Of a stretch of DNA of 64,000 bases, positions 8,408 to 18,416 are shown piece by piece. The notes beneath the pieces were generated by a model. That model made no database searches. It was not told where the DNA came from and saw only the letters and a list, made by a program, of their open reading frames with translations. Numbering within the stretch: position 1 is the first letter of the stretch; each line of letters opens with the position of its first letter. Origin of the DNA: an uncultured Prevotella sp. (GTDB lineage: Bacteria; Bacteroidota; Bacteroidia; Bacteroidales; Bacteroidaceae); NCBI GenBank assembly GCA_963511375.1, contig CAUPIT010000010.1, positions 3,073-67,072 of the forward strand, read 5' to 3'. The translations under genes were made by a program, and so were the position numbers.

Positions 8408-9364
8408 ATGAAAGTTCATAAGATGTATGAGGCTGATGATAAGCTCATTTCTATCATCGCAGACAATTATAGCATATTGCAAAGTCTTGGGTCGTTTGGC
8501 ATTAGCCTTGGTTTTGGTGATAAAACCGTTCGTGAGGTTTGTGAAGACGAACACGTGGACACCTATACTTTTTTGGCCATCGTCAACCTCACCATTAATG
8601 GGTATCGTGACACCGAGGATGTAGAGCGATTGTGTATACCTACCTTGATCAAATACCTAAGTGCCAGCCACGCTTATTATCTTGATTTTCAACTGCCTTT
8701 TATCCGAAAAGAATTGGAGAGTGCACTCGATGAAAATGATAATCTGGCACGGCTCATCATCAAGATTTACGATGAATATGCGCACACCATTCGAAACCAC
8801 ATGCGCTATGAAGAGAAGAATGTGTTTCCTTACGTTAACGATTTGCTGAACAACAAGGCCAACGAGAGCTATGATATCGAAACTTATTCAAAACATCATG
8901 GTCAGACAGACCTTAAGCTGAAAGAACTCAAGAATATCATTATCAAGTATTTACCTTCTGATGGTTTGAGGAATAACCAGCTCACGGCCACCCTCTACGA
9001 CCTGTACAATTGTGAACAATGGCTCTCGCAGCACGCATTGGTAGAGGATGAAATCTTCACACCGGCCATCCGTCATTTGGAGCGGCAGTTAAGGAAAAAT
9101 GACGTGTCGGTAAAGATTTCATCCATGATCAATCAAACACCGCAAAACCAAGAGGCGTTAAGCGATCGGGAGAAAGAAGTGGTAATCAGTTTGGTGCAGG
9201 GTATGACGAACAAGGAGATTGCCGAGCATCTGTGCATTTCTATCAATACTGTCATTACGCACCGACGCAACATAGCCAGAAAACTGCAAATTCATTCGCC
9301 GGCGGGCCTTACTATTTATGCTATTGTCACCAACCTTGTTGACATCAGCAGCGTGAACTTATAA
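8408..9364 (+). CDS. LuxR/FixJ-type HTH transcriptional regulator with an N-terminal RIC/ScdA-like plus hemerythrin (HHE)-like sensor region
   Basis: The C-terminus LSDREKEVVISLVQGMTNKEIAEHLCISINTVITHRRNIARKL is a canonical LuxR HTH. The N-terminus has SFGISLGFGDKTVREVC (ScdA_N-like) and H/E motifs HMRYEEKNVFPYV, KHHGQTD and QHALVEDEIFTPAI. The start was moved to 8408 (MKVHKMYEADD). Confidence 0.75.
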   Translation: MKVHKMYEADDKLISIIADNYSILQSLGSFGISLGFGDKTVREVCEDEHVDTYTFLAIVNLTINGYRDTEDVERLCIPTLIKYLSASHAYYLDFQLPFIRKELESALDENDNLARLIIKIYDEYAHTIRNHMRYEEKNVFPYVNDLLNNKANESYDIETYSKHHGQTDLKLKELKNIIIKYLPSDGLRNNQLTATLYDLYNCEQWLSQHALVEDEIFTPAIRHLERQLRKNDVSVKISSMINQTPQNQEALSDREKEVVISLVQGMTNKEIAEHLCISINTVITHRRNIARKLQIHSPAGLTIYAIVTNLVDISSVNL

Positions 9365-9476
9365 GAGGATTGTGGGACTTATCGCTCCGGCAGAGTTGCA
9401 GGATGTTGTTGTGGAAAACAATTCCTACCGACGACTGAGATAAGGTAGAAGTACATATCGCCATATTTCTCTAATT

Positions 9477-9582
9477 ATCAAGGCATTGAGGTGCGTAATC
9501 AAACTCAATGCCTTTGATGTCTAAAAGCATGGAGATTGGCAGACAAAGTCAACGTGTTTGGACGCCAAACCCAATGACTTTG
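9477..9582. repeat. Four copies of the 17-bp CAAAGTCAWTGRGTTTG family arranged as two inverted (hairpin) pairs between convergent genes
   Basis: Units are at 9477-9493 (+), 9500-9516 (-), 9544-9561 (+) and 9565-9582 (-). AGGCATTGAG (9481-9490) pairs with CTCAATGCCT (9504-9513). CAAAGTCAACGTGTTTGG pairs imperfectly with CCAAACCCAATGACTTTG across a 3-nt loop. Confidence 0.7.
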
Positions 9583-9606
9583 TTTTCAGACCAGTAAGCC
9601 TCTATT

Positions 9607-10437
9607 TTACGATATGCGACGAATGTAGCCATTAAAGGTATTTCTGATGAAGGGAACCTTGAGCAGCAGGCATTCGAAAACCACGACAGCTACAACGCAA
9701 GTGGCGATTCCCAGCGCGACGTCGATGAGGTAGTGGTGACTGGTGTACACGGCAGTCCACCAGATGCCCATGCAGATGATGGCAAAAGTGGCAATGACCG
9801 CTTTTCGCTGTCGGCTTATTACGGCATAAATGGTTGTTACGAGCATGTAGGCCGCATGTAGCGACGGAATGGCGGCAAACACGTTGGCGTTTTTGCCATA
9901 GAGCGACTGGAACACGGGAATGCCGATGAGTTCATCGAACCTGCCCAGTCCGGCAACGTTTCCGCTGGTGTGCAGCAGAGGTTCGAATCCATATTGCATG
10001 ACATACCAGGGTGGGGCAGCGGGATGGATGTAGTAGCCTGCAAATCCCACGAGGTTGACGAAAAGGAATGCCGTTGAAAAGTGAAGATAATGCTTGCGGT
10101 CGCCCTTAAGATAAAGGTACAGACTGAACGCTATGGGTACAGGAACCCAGCAGAGGTAGAAAAAGCCAGCCAAGAGGTCGGCTACCGTGCAGTGGTGTTG
10201 TGCGAAAAACTCATTAGGCGTGAGCGTTCCGGCTGCTGTCGTGATGCCGAAAAGCTGTTTCTCAGCCTCATAGAGGTCACGAATGTCTATCGGGTTGACC
10301 ATGTAATTGGGGTAAAGCCGCATCACGTCATAGGTACAACCAAACAAGGCCCAGGGGGCTAAGGCCAAGGCCAATTTGCGTGTGGGCTTGTAGGCTGCCA
10401 ACACGATGTATAACAAGATGATGTAAATACTGAACAC
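9607..10437 (-). CDS. PAP2-superfamily membrane protein resembling inositol-phosphorylceramide / sphingomyelin synthases
   Basis: The protein is polytopic. Motifs IPSLHAAYM and YTSHHYLIDVALG resemble the S-G-H and H-Y-x-x-D-V motifs of the SMS/AUR1 family. It is the last gene of a 4-gene operon. Confidence 0.55.
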   Translation of the reverse strand: MFSIYIILLYIVLAAYKPTRKLALALAPWALFGCTYDVMRLYPNYMVNPIDIRDLYEAEKQLFGITTAAGTLTPNEFFAQHHCTVADLLAGFFYLCWVPVPIAFSLYLYLKGDRKHYLHFSTAFLFVNLVGFAGYYIHPAAPPWYVMQYGFEPLLHTSGNVAGLGRFDELIGIPVFQSLYGKNANVFAAIPSLHAAYMLVTTIYAVISRQRKAVIATFAIICMGIWWTAVYTSHHYLIDVALGIATCVVAVVVFECLLLKVPFIRNTFNGYIRRIS

Positions 10438-11085
10438 TTATCGGTCTTTCAATTGTTTGTAACAATGCGCCATGCGCCAAAAAGCAGTGATGTTGGCCAA
10501 AACAGCGATGAGCGCCATGCCCCCGATGAGCCACCACAGGTTGCTGGTCATGCCGGTGATGATGGCGGCAAGAGCGGTCACCACGACACGCTCCGGACGT
10601 TGCATCAGTCCCACCTTGCACTCAATGCCCAGGCCTTCGGCTCGGGCCCGCACATAACTCACCATGATGGAACCTACCAGGGCCAGGAATGTAATGACGC
10701 CTGCCCAGATTCCTGAAGCGGTCATCAGGTAAAGCGTGATGCCGAAGAGCGAGAAGAGTTCGCTGTAGCGGTCTAAAGTGCTATCCCAGAATGCGCCAAA
10801 AGTAGTGGACATGTTGCCCAAACGCGCCAATCGGCCATCCATCATGTCAAACAAACCGGAGAAAAGGAGAATGGCTCCTCCCCAGCCAATCCATGAAAAA
10901 CCTATTGATATCGGCGTGAGTTGACTGGCATGGATGAAGAGGAATGCGGCGACGACGTTGCCGACAAAACCGATGGTTGTCACCATGTTGGGCGTGATTC
11001 CCATCTTTATCATTCCCTTGATGATGGGATTGATGAGGGTATAAATGAGTTTTTGTAAATAGTCTCTATATTTCATCGTGTTCAA
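10438..11085 (-). CDS. CDP-alcohol phosphatidyltransferase (candidate phosphatidylinositol-phosphate synthase)
   Basis: The signature is perfect: [26 protein letters not shown], i.e. D-x2-D-G-x2-A-R-x8-G-x3-D-x3-D. The CDS abuts the downstream gene with no gap. Confidence 0.8.
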   Translation of the reverse strand: MNTMKYRDYLQKLIYTLINPIIKGMIKMGITPNMVTTIGFVGNVVAAFLFIHASQLTPISIGFSWIGWGGAILLFSGLFDMMDGRLARLGNMSTTFGAFWDSTLDRYSELFSLFGITLYLMTASGIWAGVITFLALVGSIMVSYVRARAEGLGIECKVGLMQRPERVVVTALAAIITGMTSNLWWLIGGMALIAVLANITAFWRMAHCYKQLKDR

Positions 11086-11582
11086 TTTTCTATGTCAGGT
11101 AGGATAAACGCCTCGGAGGATGTAGATTCCGGCAATTCTATCGTTGTTTTTTTCTTGTTGATTATTTTCTTCAGAGGTCGGTTTAGTTTTGCGTTAAACA
11201 CAAACAGTCGTTGCATTTGGTAGTTCCACAATACGGCAACGGCAACGGCGACAGCCGCTTTCACGATGATGAAACTTACACCTGTCGCTTCTGTTAGGGA
11301 AAGGGTGCCAAAGGTGTTGAGCAGAATGCTTCCCGCCCACACTATCATATACCGTGCTGCTACGTGACGCTTATTGATAGAGTCGGGATGGAACACCCAT
11401 TTGTAATTGATGATGCAGTTGGTGATTCCTCCCATGAGGGCGCCGATAAAGGTGGAATAACCGTACCATAATTCAGCAAATTGCGCCAAGATGATGGTGA
11501 CGGCAAAGTCGACGAACGATGCTATCCAAGCCGATATCTGCGCTTTGCCGAAGGTGATGACTGCATTTTTTATATAGCCCAT
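11082..11582 (-). CDS. GtrA-family small membrane protein
   Basis: A 166-aa protein with 4 hydrophobic segments and a GtrA-like N-terminus. It overlaps the downstream gene by 4 nt and the upstream gene by 13 nt. Confidence 0.65.
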   Translation of the reverse strand: MGYIKNAVITFGKAQISAWIASFVDFAVTIILAQFAELWYGYSTFIGALMGGITNCIINYKWVFHPDSINKRHVAARYMIVWAGSILLNTFGTLSLTEATGVSFIIVKAAVAVAVAVLWNYQMQRLFVFNAKLNRPLKKIINKKKTTIELPESTSSEAFILPDIEN

Positions 11583-12040
11583 TGTGTGAAAAGGATGATA
11601 ATGAGACTATAAACGCCAGCCAACAGGTCGTCTGCCATCACCCAGAAACCACCGTGACGACGATCCAACGCTCTAATACCCAATGGCTTCATGATGTCAA
11701 AGAATCTGAAGAGAACGAAGGATGCTACTATGTACCAGCCATTTTGTACAGGTACAGCCAGCAGCGGCATCCACATACCAATCATCTCGTCAATGACCAC
11801 TCGCTTGGGATCTTCACCCCAAAATGGTTCCAACTCGTTGACAGCCCAGGTGCCTACAGCAGTAAAAACGACAATGAGGGCAAATGTGATGAAAAATAAG
11901 GTGGTGGGACTGAATGTGACCGCCATTGCCAGCCACAGGATTGTGGCCAGAAAAGCACCTGCAGTTCCTGGCCCCCATGGCCAGAATCCGCTTCCGAAAC
12001 CGGTGCCAATAATAACTGCTAACAGCGGCGGACGCTCCAT
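11570..12040 (-). CDS. pgpA: Phosphatidylglycerophosphatase A family protein (candidate PIP phosphatase)
   Basis: LLAVIIGTGFGSGFWPWGPGTAGAFLA and FRFFDIMKPLGIRALD are typical of PgpA. The start was moved to the ATG at 12040 (MERPPLL) because the ORF-track start is a TTG inside the -7 box. Confidence 0.8.
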   Translation of the reverse strand: MERPPLLAVIIGTGFGSGFWPWGPGTAGAFLATILWLAMAVTFSPTTLFFITFALIVVFTAVGTWAVNELEPFWGEDPKRVVIDEMIGMWMPLLAVPVQNGWYIVASFVLFRFFDIMKPLGIRALDRRHGGFWVMADDLLAGVYSLIIILFTQWAI

Positions 12041-12049
12041 AAGTAGGTG

Positions 12050-12057
12050 CAAAATTA
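12050..12057 (-). promoter_or_regulatory. -7 box TAATTTTG for the pgpA-led operon
   Basis: The reverse complement of caaaatta lies about 10 nt upstream of the ATG at 12040, implying a very short leader or none. Confidence 0.35.
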
Positions 12058-12111
12058 ATAGAAAAAATATTAATATCCAAAGAGTTTTCTTTAAAATTCT
12101 AAGATTATGTA

Positions 12112-12119
12112 TATCTTTG
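12112..12119 (+). promoter_or_regulatory. -7 box TATCTTTG for the 859-aa gene
   Basis: It matches TAnnTTTG, about 80 nt upstream of the ATG at 12201. Confidence 0.4.
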
Positions 12120-12200
12120 CATGATAGAGAGAAATCGCCCCTGACCGTCTATAGGGGCTGACCTACCTCAGGGTTTAAATGAAATTACAATATTGACAAG

Positions 12201-14780
12201 ATGTCACTTGCACCGGCAGGTGACCCTATATATAATAAGGTGAAGAGATTTTTTAGTTTTCTGTTTATAGTCATGACTTTTGTCTGTGTAGCTCATGCGC
12301 AGATTACGGGTGTGATAGTAGATGAGGATGGGTATGCCATTCCATACGCTAGCGTGATGTATAAAGGCCATCATGTTGCTGTTGTCAGCGACATAGAAGG
12401 TAAATTCAGCATTGCCCGGCATGAGGGATGGGTGATGACAATCAGTTCAGTGGGCTTTAAGCAGCAGTCTATCAAGGTTGATGCCAGCACAGGGTCGCAT
12501 CTGAACATCGTTTTGAAGGAAGATGCAAAACGCCTAAACGAGGTGGTGGTAAAGAGTAAGCGTGGTCGCTATTCACGCAAAAACAATCCTGCCGTGGAAC
12601 TGATGCGGCGGGTGATTGCAGCCAAGAAGAAAAATCATCTGGATAATCATCCTTACTACCAGTATAACAAGTATCAAAAGCTTACGTTGTCTTTGAGTGA
12701 CATCAAGCCAGAGGATTTGGAAAGTGGCAGACTGAGTAAGTCGCAGTGGATGTTGGACCAGATTGAAACCAGCAGCTATAACAACAAATTAGTGCTTCCC
12801 GTTTCTGTAGACGAAACGGTAACGCAGCACATCTACCGCAAAGAGCCGAAGTCGGAGAAAAATATCATCAAAGGACATCAAAGTCAGGGTGTCAATAAGA
12901 TGTTGCAAACAGGTGAAGCCTTGAACGTGATGATGAAAGACGTCTTTACGAACGTTGATATCTACGACGACTATGTTCGGCTGCTTCAGTATTCTTTCGT
13001 GAGTCCCATCGGGCGTACGGCCATCTCATTTTATCGCTATTACATCGAAGACACGGTTTATGTAGATCGTGACTTGTGCTATCATCTACAGTTTATTCCC
13101 AATAACCAGCAAGACTTTGGCTTCCGCGGAGAGTTGTATGTCCTGGCCGATTCGACTTTGCATGTGAAGAAATGCAAGTTGACCATACCGAAGAAAAGTG
13201 ATGTCAACTTTGTCGAAGACCTGCATGTAGACCAAGAATACACCAAGCTCGATAACGGTGAGTGGGTGCTGACCAAGGATGACATGTGGGCTGAATTGTC
13301 ACTAACGAGTTTTCTTTCCAAAGTACTGGTTGTGCGTAATACCCGCATGAGCGACTATGCTTTTGACGAATTGCCCAACAAGCTATTCAAGGGAAGGGCC
13401 AAGGTGCGGCACGAGGCCGATGCCATGGTTCGGGATGAGGATTTCTGGAATCGATATCGTGCGGTTGAATTGACGAAGGGTGAATCGTCCATGGATGCTT
13501 TCGTGCATCGCATGGAACAATCGAAAAACTTCAAATGGTTGTTGGTGGGCATCAAGGCCCTTGTTGAAAATTACGTGGAAACAAGCAGCGGCCAGCGCAA
13601 AAGCAAGTTCGACATCGGACCTGTCAACACGCTTGTATCGAGCAACTTTGTGGACGGCTTGCGTTTCCGACTCAGTGGTAGAACAATGGCTGCACTCAAT
13701 CCGCATTTGTTTTGGAAGGGCTATGTGGCATACGGCACACGGTCGAAGAAAACATATTACGGTACAGAGGTGACCTATGCCTTGAACAAAAAGAAGAACT
13801 CGCCGTTTGAGTTTCCGCAACGTAATCTGGTCTTTGAGACCGCTTATGACGTGATGTCACCGGCCGATAAGTTCTTGCTACACAATAAAGACAACGCCTT
13901 TATGGCCATTAAGACGCAGAAAGTGGAGCAGATGTACTTCTACAACCGTCAGAAACTATCGTTTATTTATGAAACTGATTGGGGATTTAGTGTTAACACC
14001 TCTGTCAAAGCCGAGAGCAATGAGGTGGCAGGTGACTTGCATTTCGTGCGCATGAGTGATGGCCAGGAAACATTTAAAATAAGAACCACTGAGTTGCAAC
14101 TTGGGTTTCGCTACTGCCCAGGACAGACATTCATGAACACCAAACAGAAAAGAGTGCCCATCAACTTGGATAGTCCTGAGTTTAAGGTAAGCCATACCAT
14201 GGGATTGAAAAACTTCCTGGGTGGACAATATAAGATGAATTTTACGGAAGTAGGGGTTTACAAGCGGCAATGGCTGGGTAGTTGGGGTTATCTGAATGGA
14301 TATGTTAACCTGGGTGCACAGTGGGACAAGGTGCCGTTCCCTTTGTTGATTATGCCACCAGTGAATCTTTCCTACTTTGAACACGCAGAGACATTCTCCA
14401 TGATGCGTAACATGGAATTTCTGACAGACCGATATGCGTTCTGGTCTTTGTCATGGGACATGAATGGTAAGCTGCTGAATCGTATTCCTCTCATCAAGCG
14501 ACTGAAATGGCGTGAATATGTAGCTTTTAAGGGCATGTTTGGCGACTTGACAGACAAAAATAATCCCTTTTTGCAGCGCAACCAGGCCGATAATATGCTG
14601 TTTGCCTTCCCAGAAGGGGCGTATGTCATGGACAAGAATGTGCCCTATATGGAGATTGTAGCTGGCGTACACAACATTTTCAACTTCTTTGGGGTAGACT
14701 TCATTCACCGTATCAATTACAATGGACATCCCTATGCTAAAAAGAACGGAGTGAGGTTTAGCTTCAAGATGAGTTTCTGA
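12201..14780 (+). CDS. Large secreted or outer-membrane protein with an N-terminal carboxypeptidase-regulatory-like domain (DUF5686-like)
   Basis: A signal-like segment FLFIVMTFVCVAHAQ is followed by ITGVIVDEDGYAIPYASVMYKG...SDIEGKFSI (CarboxypepD_reg pattern). The C-terminal ...RFSFKMSF resembles a beta-barrel terminus. Confidence 0.6.
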   Translation: MSLAPAGDPIYNKVKRFFSFLFIVMTFVCVAHAQITGVIVDEDGYAIPYASVMYKGHHVAVVSDIEGKFSIARHEGWVMTISSVGFKQQSIKVDASTGSHLNIVLKEDAKRLNEVVVKSKRGRYSRKNNPAVELMRRVIAAKKKNHLDNHPYYQYNKYQKLTLSLSDIKPEDLESGRLSKSQWMLDQIETSSYNNKLVLPVSVDETVTQHIYRKEPKSEKNIIKGHQSQGVNKMLQTGEALNVMMKDVFTNVDIYDDYVRLLQYSFVSPIGRTAISFYRYYIEDTVYVDRDLCYHLQFIPNNQQDFGFRGELYVLADSTLHVKKCKLTIPKKSDVNFVEDLHVDQEYTKLDNGEWVLTKDDMWAELSLTSFLSKVLVVRNTRMSDYAFDELPNKLFKGRAKVRHEADAMVRDEDFWNRYRAVELTKGESSMDAFVHRMEQSKNFKWLLVGIKALVENYVETSSGQRKSKFDIGPVNTLVSSNFVDGLRFRLSGRTMAALNPHLFWKGYVAYGTRSKKTYYGTEVTYALNKKKNSPFEFPQRNLVFETAYDVMSPADKFLLHNKDNAFMAIKTQKVEQMYFYNRQKLSFIYETDWGFSVNTSVKAESNEVAGDLHFVRMSDGQETFKIRTTELQLGFRYCPGQTFMNTKQKRVPINLDSPEFKVSHTMGLKNFLGGQYKMNFTEVGVYKRQWLGSWGYLNGYVNLGAQWDKVPFPLLIMPPVNLSYFEHAETFSMMRNMEFLTDRYAFWSLSWDMNGKLLNRIPLIKRLKWREYVAFKGMFGDLTDKNNPFLQRNQADNMLFAFPEGAYVMDKNVPYMEIVAGVHNIFNFFGVDFIHRINYNGHPYAKKNGVRFSFKMSF

Positions 14781-14886
14781 GTGTGAGCGATGGCACGCTA
14801 TTGCATTAGAATGAGTGCTCGCAGATGGGGAACTCATGGGTTGATTACCATGAGATAACTAGTCGGACTTGATAGAATATAGTAAC

Positions 14887-15372
14887 ATGAGAAAAATTAA
14901 GAATCCCTGGATAGGAGTGGAAAAGTACAACTGCTATGGCTGTTGCCCAGACAATGAGATGGGCTTGAAGATGGAGTTTTATGAGGATGGCGACGACATC
15001 ATCTCCTTTTGGAATCCACAAACACATGGCCAAGGGTGGGTAGGAACCATCCATGGGGGCATTCTTAGTACGCTCATCGACGAGATAGCGGGATGGGTGG
15101 TCATCCGAAAACTACAAACTACTGGCATGACCAGCAAGTTGGAAGTGCGCTATAAACAGCCTATTGCTATGACTGAACCACAATTAACCATACGTGCCCA
15201 TATACGAGAGCGTCGGCGCAACCTGGTATTCATCGATGCAACCATCGAGAATGGGCAGGGTGAATTATGTGTTGAAGGGTCGGCTGTTTATTCTGTATTC
15301 GATGAAAAACGAGCCAAAGAAATGGGCTTCCGTGGTTGTGAATTGGAAGACGAACAGCTGTTTTCTATGTAA
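14887..15372 (+). CDS. PaaI/hotdog-fold thioesterase
   Basis: WVGTIHGGILSTLIDEIAGW is the typical hotdog thioesterase core. The start was moved from the TTG at 14869 to the ATG at 14887 (MRKIKNPW). Confidence 0.75.
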   Translation: MRKIKNPWIGVEKYNCYGCCPDNEMGLKMEFYEDGDDIISFWNPQTHGQGWVGTIHGGILSTLIDEIAGWVVIRKLQTTGMTSKLEVRYKQPIAMTEPQLTIRAHIRERRRNLVFIDATIENGQGELCVEGSAVYSVFDEKRAKEMGFRGCELEDEQLFSM

Positions 15373-15779
15373 CATGTAAGTCATAATCAGAACAGTTTAT
15401 CCTTATAAATCTAAAAAGAAGTATTATATATAGAAATCTTTGATTGTCCGCTATTACCATCTTCTTTAACAGACCAGAAGGCTTGTTGATGTCACAAAGA
15501 AAAGCAGGGATTGAAAAACAGTCAGTATCGTTGTTGGCAGGGAATTCACAGTCGGTTACTCCACGTTAGGTGTGAAGGCGATTGCTATCACTCCAGTTTC
15601 ACCAATATGCTCAATATTGCTAAATTTTGCGTTTTTTATCGTTTAAAGCCTTTCTTATTCGGAAAAAAGTTGTACTTTAGCATGTTGAAATAAATAGGCA
15701 AAACGTCACAGAGCGAAATTAAATGTGCTTATAGACGATTTTAGACGGAATTTAACATTATATTTATACTAACGATTGA

Positions 15780-18389
15780 ATGGACGAAAATCAGACAATT
15801 GATCATGACAGGATCATGAAGATTAACATTGAGGAGGAAATGAAGTCGTCATACATCGATTATTCGATGTCTGTGATTGTGGCTCGTGCCCTTCCTGATG
15901 TACGTGATGGATTCAAACCTGTGCACCGTCGTATCTTATACGGAATGCTGGGTATTAGCAATACGAGTGATAAGCCTTATAAGAAATGTGCTCGTGTAGT
16001 AGGCGAGGTGCTTGGTAAGTACCATCCTCATGGCGACAGTTCTGTGTATGGTGCCTTGGTACGTTTGGCACAAGACTGGAACATGCGCTACACGCTTGTA
16101 GACGGGCAAGGTAACTTTGGTAGCGTTGACGGCGATTCTGCTGCTGCCATGCGTTATACCGAATGTCGGTTGTCAAAGATGGGTGAGCACGTCATGGACG
16201 ACCTGGATAAGGATACCGTGGACATGGCCAACAACTTTGATGACACTTTGCAGGAGCCAACGGTCATGCCGACCAAGATACCAAACCTGCTTGTAAATGG
16301 TGGAAATGGTATTGCTGTAGGTATGGCGACCAACATGCCAACTCATAATCTTCGTGAAGTGATAGAAGGTTGTTGCGCATATATTGACAACCCTGACATC
16401 GAGCTGGATGAACTGATGAAACACATCCAGGCTCCTGATTTCCCGACAGGGGCTTATATCTATGGCCTGCAGGGCGTGAAGGATGCCTACGAAACTGGTC
16501 GTGGTCGTATCATCATCAGGGCAAAAGCTGAAATTGAAAGTGATGAGAGCCATGATAAGATTGTTGTCACAGAAATTCCATACGGCGTTAACAAACAGCA
16601 GCTCATCGAATACATAGCAGCTCTTGTGAAAGAAGGTAAGCTGGATGGTATCTCAAACGTTAACGATGAATCGGGTCGGCAGGGAATGCGTATTGTTATT
16701 GACATCAAGCGGGATGCCAATGCCAATGTTATCTTGAACAAATTGTTTAAGATGACGGCTTTGCAAAGTTCGTTCTCGGTTAACAACATCGCGCTGGTTA
16801 AAGGTCGTCCACGCTTGTTGAGCTTGAAAGAATGTGTGAAGTACTTTGTGGAGCATCGTCATGATGTAACTATTCGCAGAACCAAGTTTGAGCTAAAGAA
16901 AGCGCAAGAACGCGCCCATATCTTGGAAGGCTTGATTATTGCATGCGACAACATTGACGAAGTGGTTCACATCATCCGTGGAAGTAAGACGCCTTCGGAA
17001 GCTCAAACCAATTTGGAAAAGCGGTTTGACCTGGATAATCTGCAGAGTAAAGCCATTGTTGACATGCGTCTGTCTCAGTTGACAGGACTTCGCATGGATC
17101 AGTTGCATGCTGAATATGATGAGTTGGAAAAACTCATCGCTTATCTGGAAAACATTCTTTCTGATCCAGAACTTTGTAAGAAGGTGATGAAGGATGAGCT
17201 GAACGAGGTAAAGGAGAAATACGGTGATGACCGCCGCACAAAGATTATTCCTGATGAACATGAGTTCAATGCAGAGGATTTCTATCCAAATGATCCTGTA
17301 GTTATTACCGTGAGTCATCTTGGGTATATCAAGCGAACACCACTGTCTGACTTCCGCGAACAAGCCAGGGGTGGTGTTGGATCTAAGGGTGCCACACATC
17401 GTGATCAAGACTTCACGGAGTTTATCTATCCCGCTACCATGCACCAAACCATGTTGTTCTTCACCAAGCAGGGACGATGCTATTGGCTAAAGTGCTATAA
17501 CATACCAGAGGGAGCTAAGGATTCTAAGGGTCGTGCCATCCAGAATTTACTCAACATCGATAGTGACGATGCCATCAATGCAATCCTGCGTTTGCGAGGA
17601 CTGGACGACGAGGAGTTTATTAATTCGCACTATGTCGTCTTTGCAACCAAGAATGGTACTGTGAAGAAAACAAGTCTTGAGGCTTATTCTCGCCCACGAA
17701 CCAATGGTGTCATCGCCATCAATATAGCAGAGGGTGACGAAGTGGTTGATGTGAGATTGACCAATGGTGAAAACGAACTCATTCTGGCTAACCGCAATGG
17801 TAGGGCAGTGCGTTTCGATGAAAACACCGTTCGTACCATGGGACGTACCGCAACAGGTGTGCGCGGTATGCGACTGGATGATGGTGACGATGCTGTAGTT
17901 GGCATGATTGTTGTGAATGATCCTGTTAACGAGACGGTCATGGTAGTCAGTGAAAACGGTTATGGCAAGCGCTCTTTGGTAGAGGATTACAGAAAAACCA
18001 ATCGTGGCGGTAAAGGTGTTAAGACACTGAGCATTACAGATAAGACAGGACGTCTGGTTGCGATTAAGAACGTGACTGATAACAATGATTTGATGATCAT
18101 CAATAAGAGTGGTATTACCATTAGATTGGCTGTCTCGGAATGTCGTGTGATGGGGCGTGCTACACAAGGTGTACGATTGATTAATTTGTCAAAGAAGAAC
18201 GATGTCATCGCTAGTGTATGTAAGACCATGAGCTCAGAACTGGAAGCATCTTTGGAAGAAGATAATAAAGAGGAGTTGGATCAGCCCGATAGAGAGGGAG
18301 AGGATACCATGAACTCTGGGGCAGACAAGACAACTGCTGAAGAGGCTCCATTGGTAGATTTTGATGATGAGTTGGAGCCTAACGAATAA
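15780..18389 (+). CDS. gyrA: DNA gyrase subunit A
   Basis: [40 protein letters not shown] and [10 protein letters not shown] (active-site Tyr) are present, followed by C-terminal beta-pinwheel repeats and an acidic tail. Confidence 0.97.
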   Translation: MDENQTIDHDRIMKINIEEEMKSSYIDYSMSVIVARALPDVRDGFKPVHRRILYGMLGISNTSDKPYKKCARVVGEVLGKYHPHGDSSVYGALVRLAQDWNMRYTLVDGQGNFGSVDGDSAAAMRYTECRLSKMGEHVMDDLDKDTVDMANNFDDTLQEPTVMPTKIPNLLVNGGNGIAVGMATNMPTHNLREVIEGCCAYIDNPDIELDELMKHIQAPDFPTGAYIYGLQGVKDAYETGRGRIIIRAKAEIESDESHDKIVVTEIPYGVNKQQLIEYIAALVKEGKLDGISNVNDESGRQGMRIVIDIKRDANANVILNKLFKMTALQSSFSVNNIALVKGRPRLLSLKECVKYFVEHRHDVTIRRTKFELKKAQERAHILEGLIIACDNIDEVVHIIRGSKTPSEAQTNLEKRFDLDNLQSKAIVDMRLSQLTGLRMDQLHAEYDELEKLIAYLENILSDPELCKKVMKDELNEVKEKYGDDRRTKIIPDEHEFNAEDFYPNDPVVITVSHLGYIKRTPLSDFREQARGGVGSKGATHRDQDFTEFIYPATMHQTMLFFTKQGRCYWLKCYNIPEGAKDSKGRAIQNLLNIDSDDAINAILRLRGLDDEEFINSHYVVFATKNGTVKKTSLEAYSRPRTNGVIAINIAEGDEVVDVRLTNGENELILANRNGRAVRFDENTVRTMGRTATGVRGMRLDDGDDAVVGMIVVNDPVNETVMVVSENGYGKRSLVEDYRKTNRGGKGVKTLSITDKTGRLVAIKNVTDNNDLMIINKSGITIRLAVSECRVMGRATQGVRLINLSKKNDVIASVCKTMSSELEASLEEDNKEELDQPDREGEDTMNSGADKTTAEEAPLVDFDDELEPNE

Positions 18390-18416
18390 AAATAAACCTT
18401 TAAAAATAACGAAATT

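Noticed and set aside
12137-12173. Two mutually exclusive 6-bp hairpins (GCCCCT/AGGGGC and CCCTGA/TCAGGG) in the 5-prime leader of the 859-aa gene, considered as an attenuator or riboswitch
   Set aside because: The stems are only 6 bp, and there is no leader peptide or known aptamer motif. This is too weak to claim.
15373-15779. A 407-bp gap upstream of gyrA with a 60-aa ORF (15511-15693), considered as a possible small RNA, riboswitch or gene
   Set aside because: I could not recognise any known RNA family, stable extended pairing or credible start context by eye. I left it unannotated rather than guessing. RNA-seq or an Rfam scan would settle it.
17547-18167. A 206-aa ORF, and other ORFs of 60-200 aa, antisense to gyrA
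   Set aside because: gyrA is unambiguous. The antisense ORFs are shadows.
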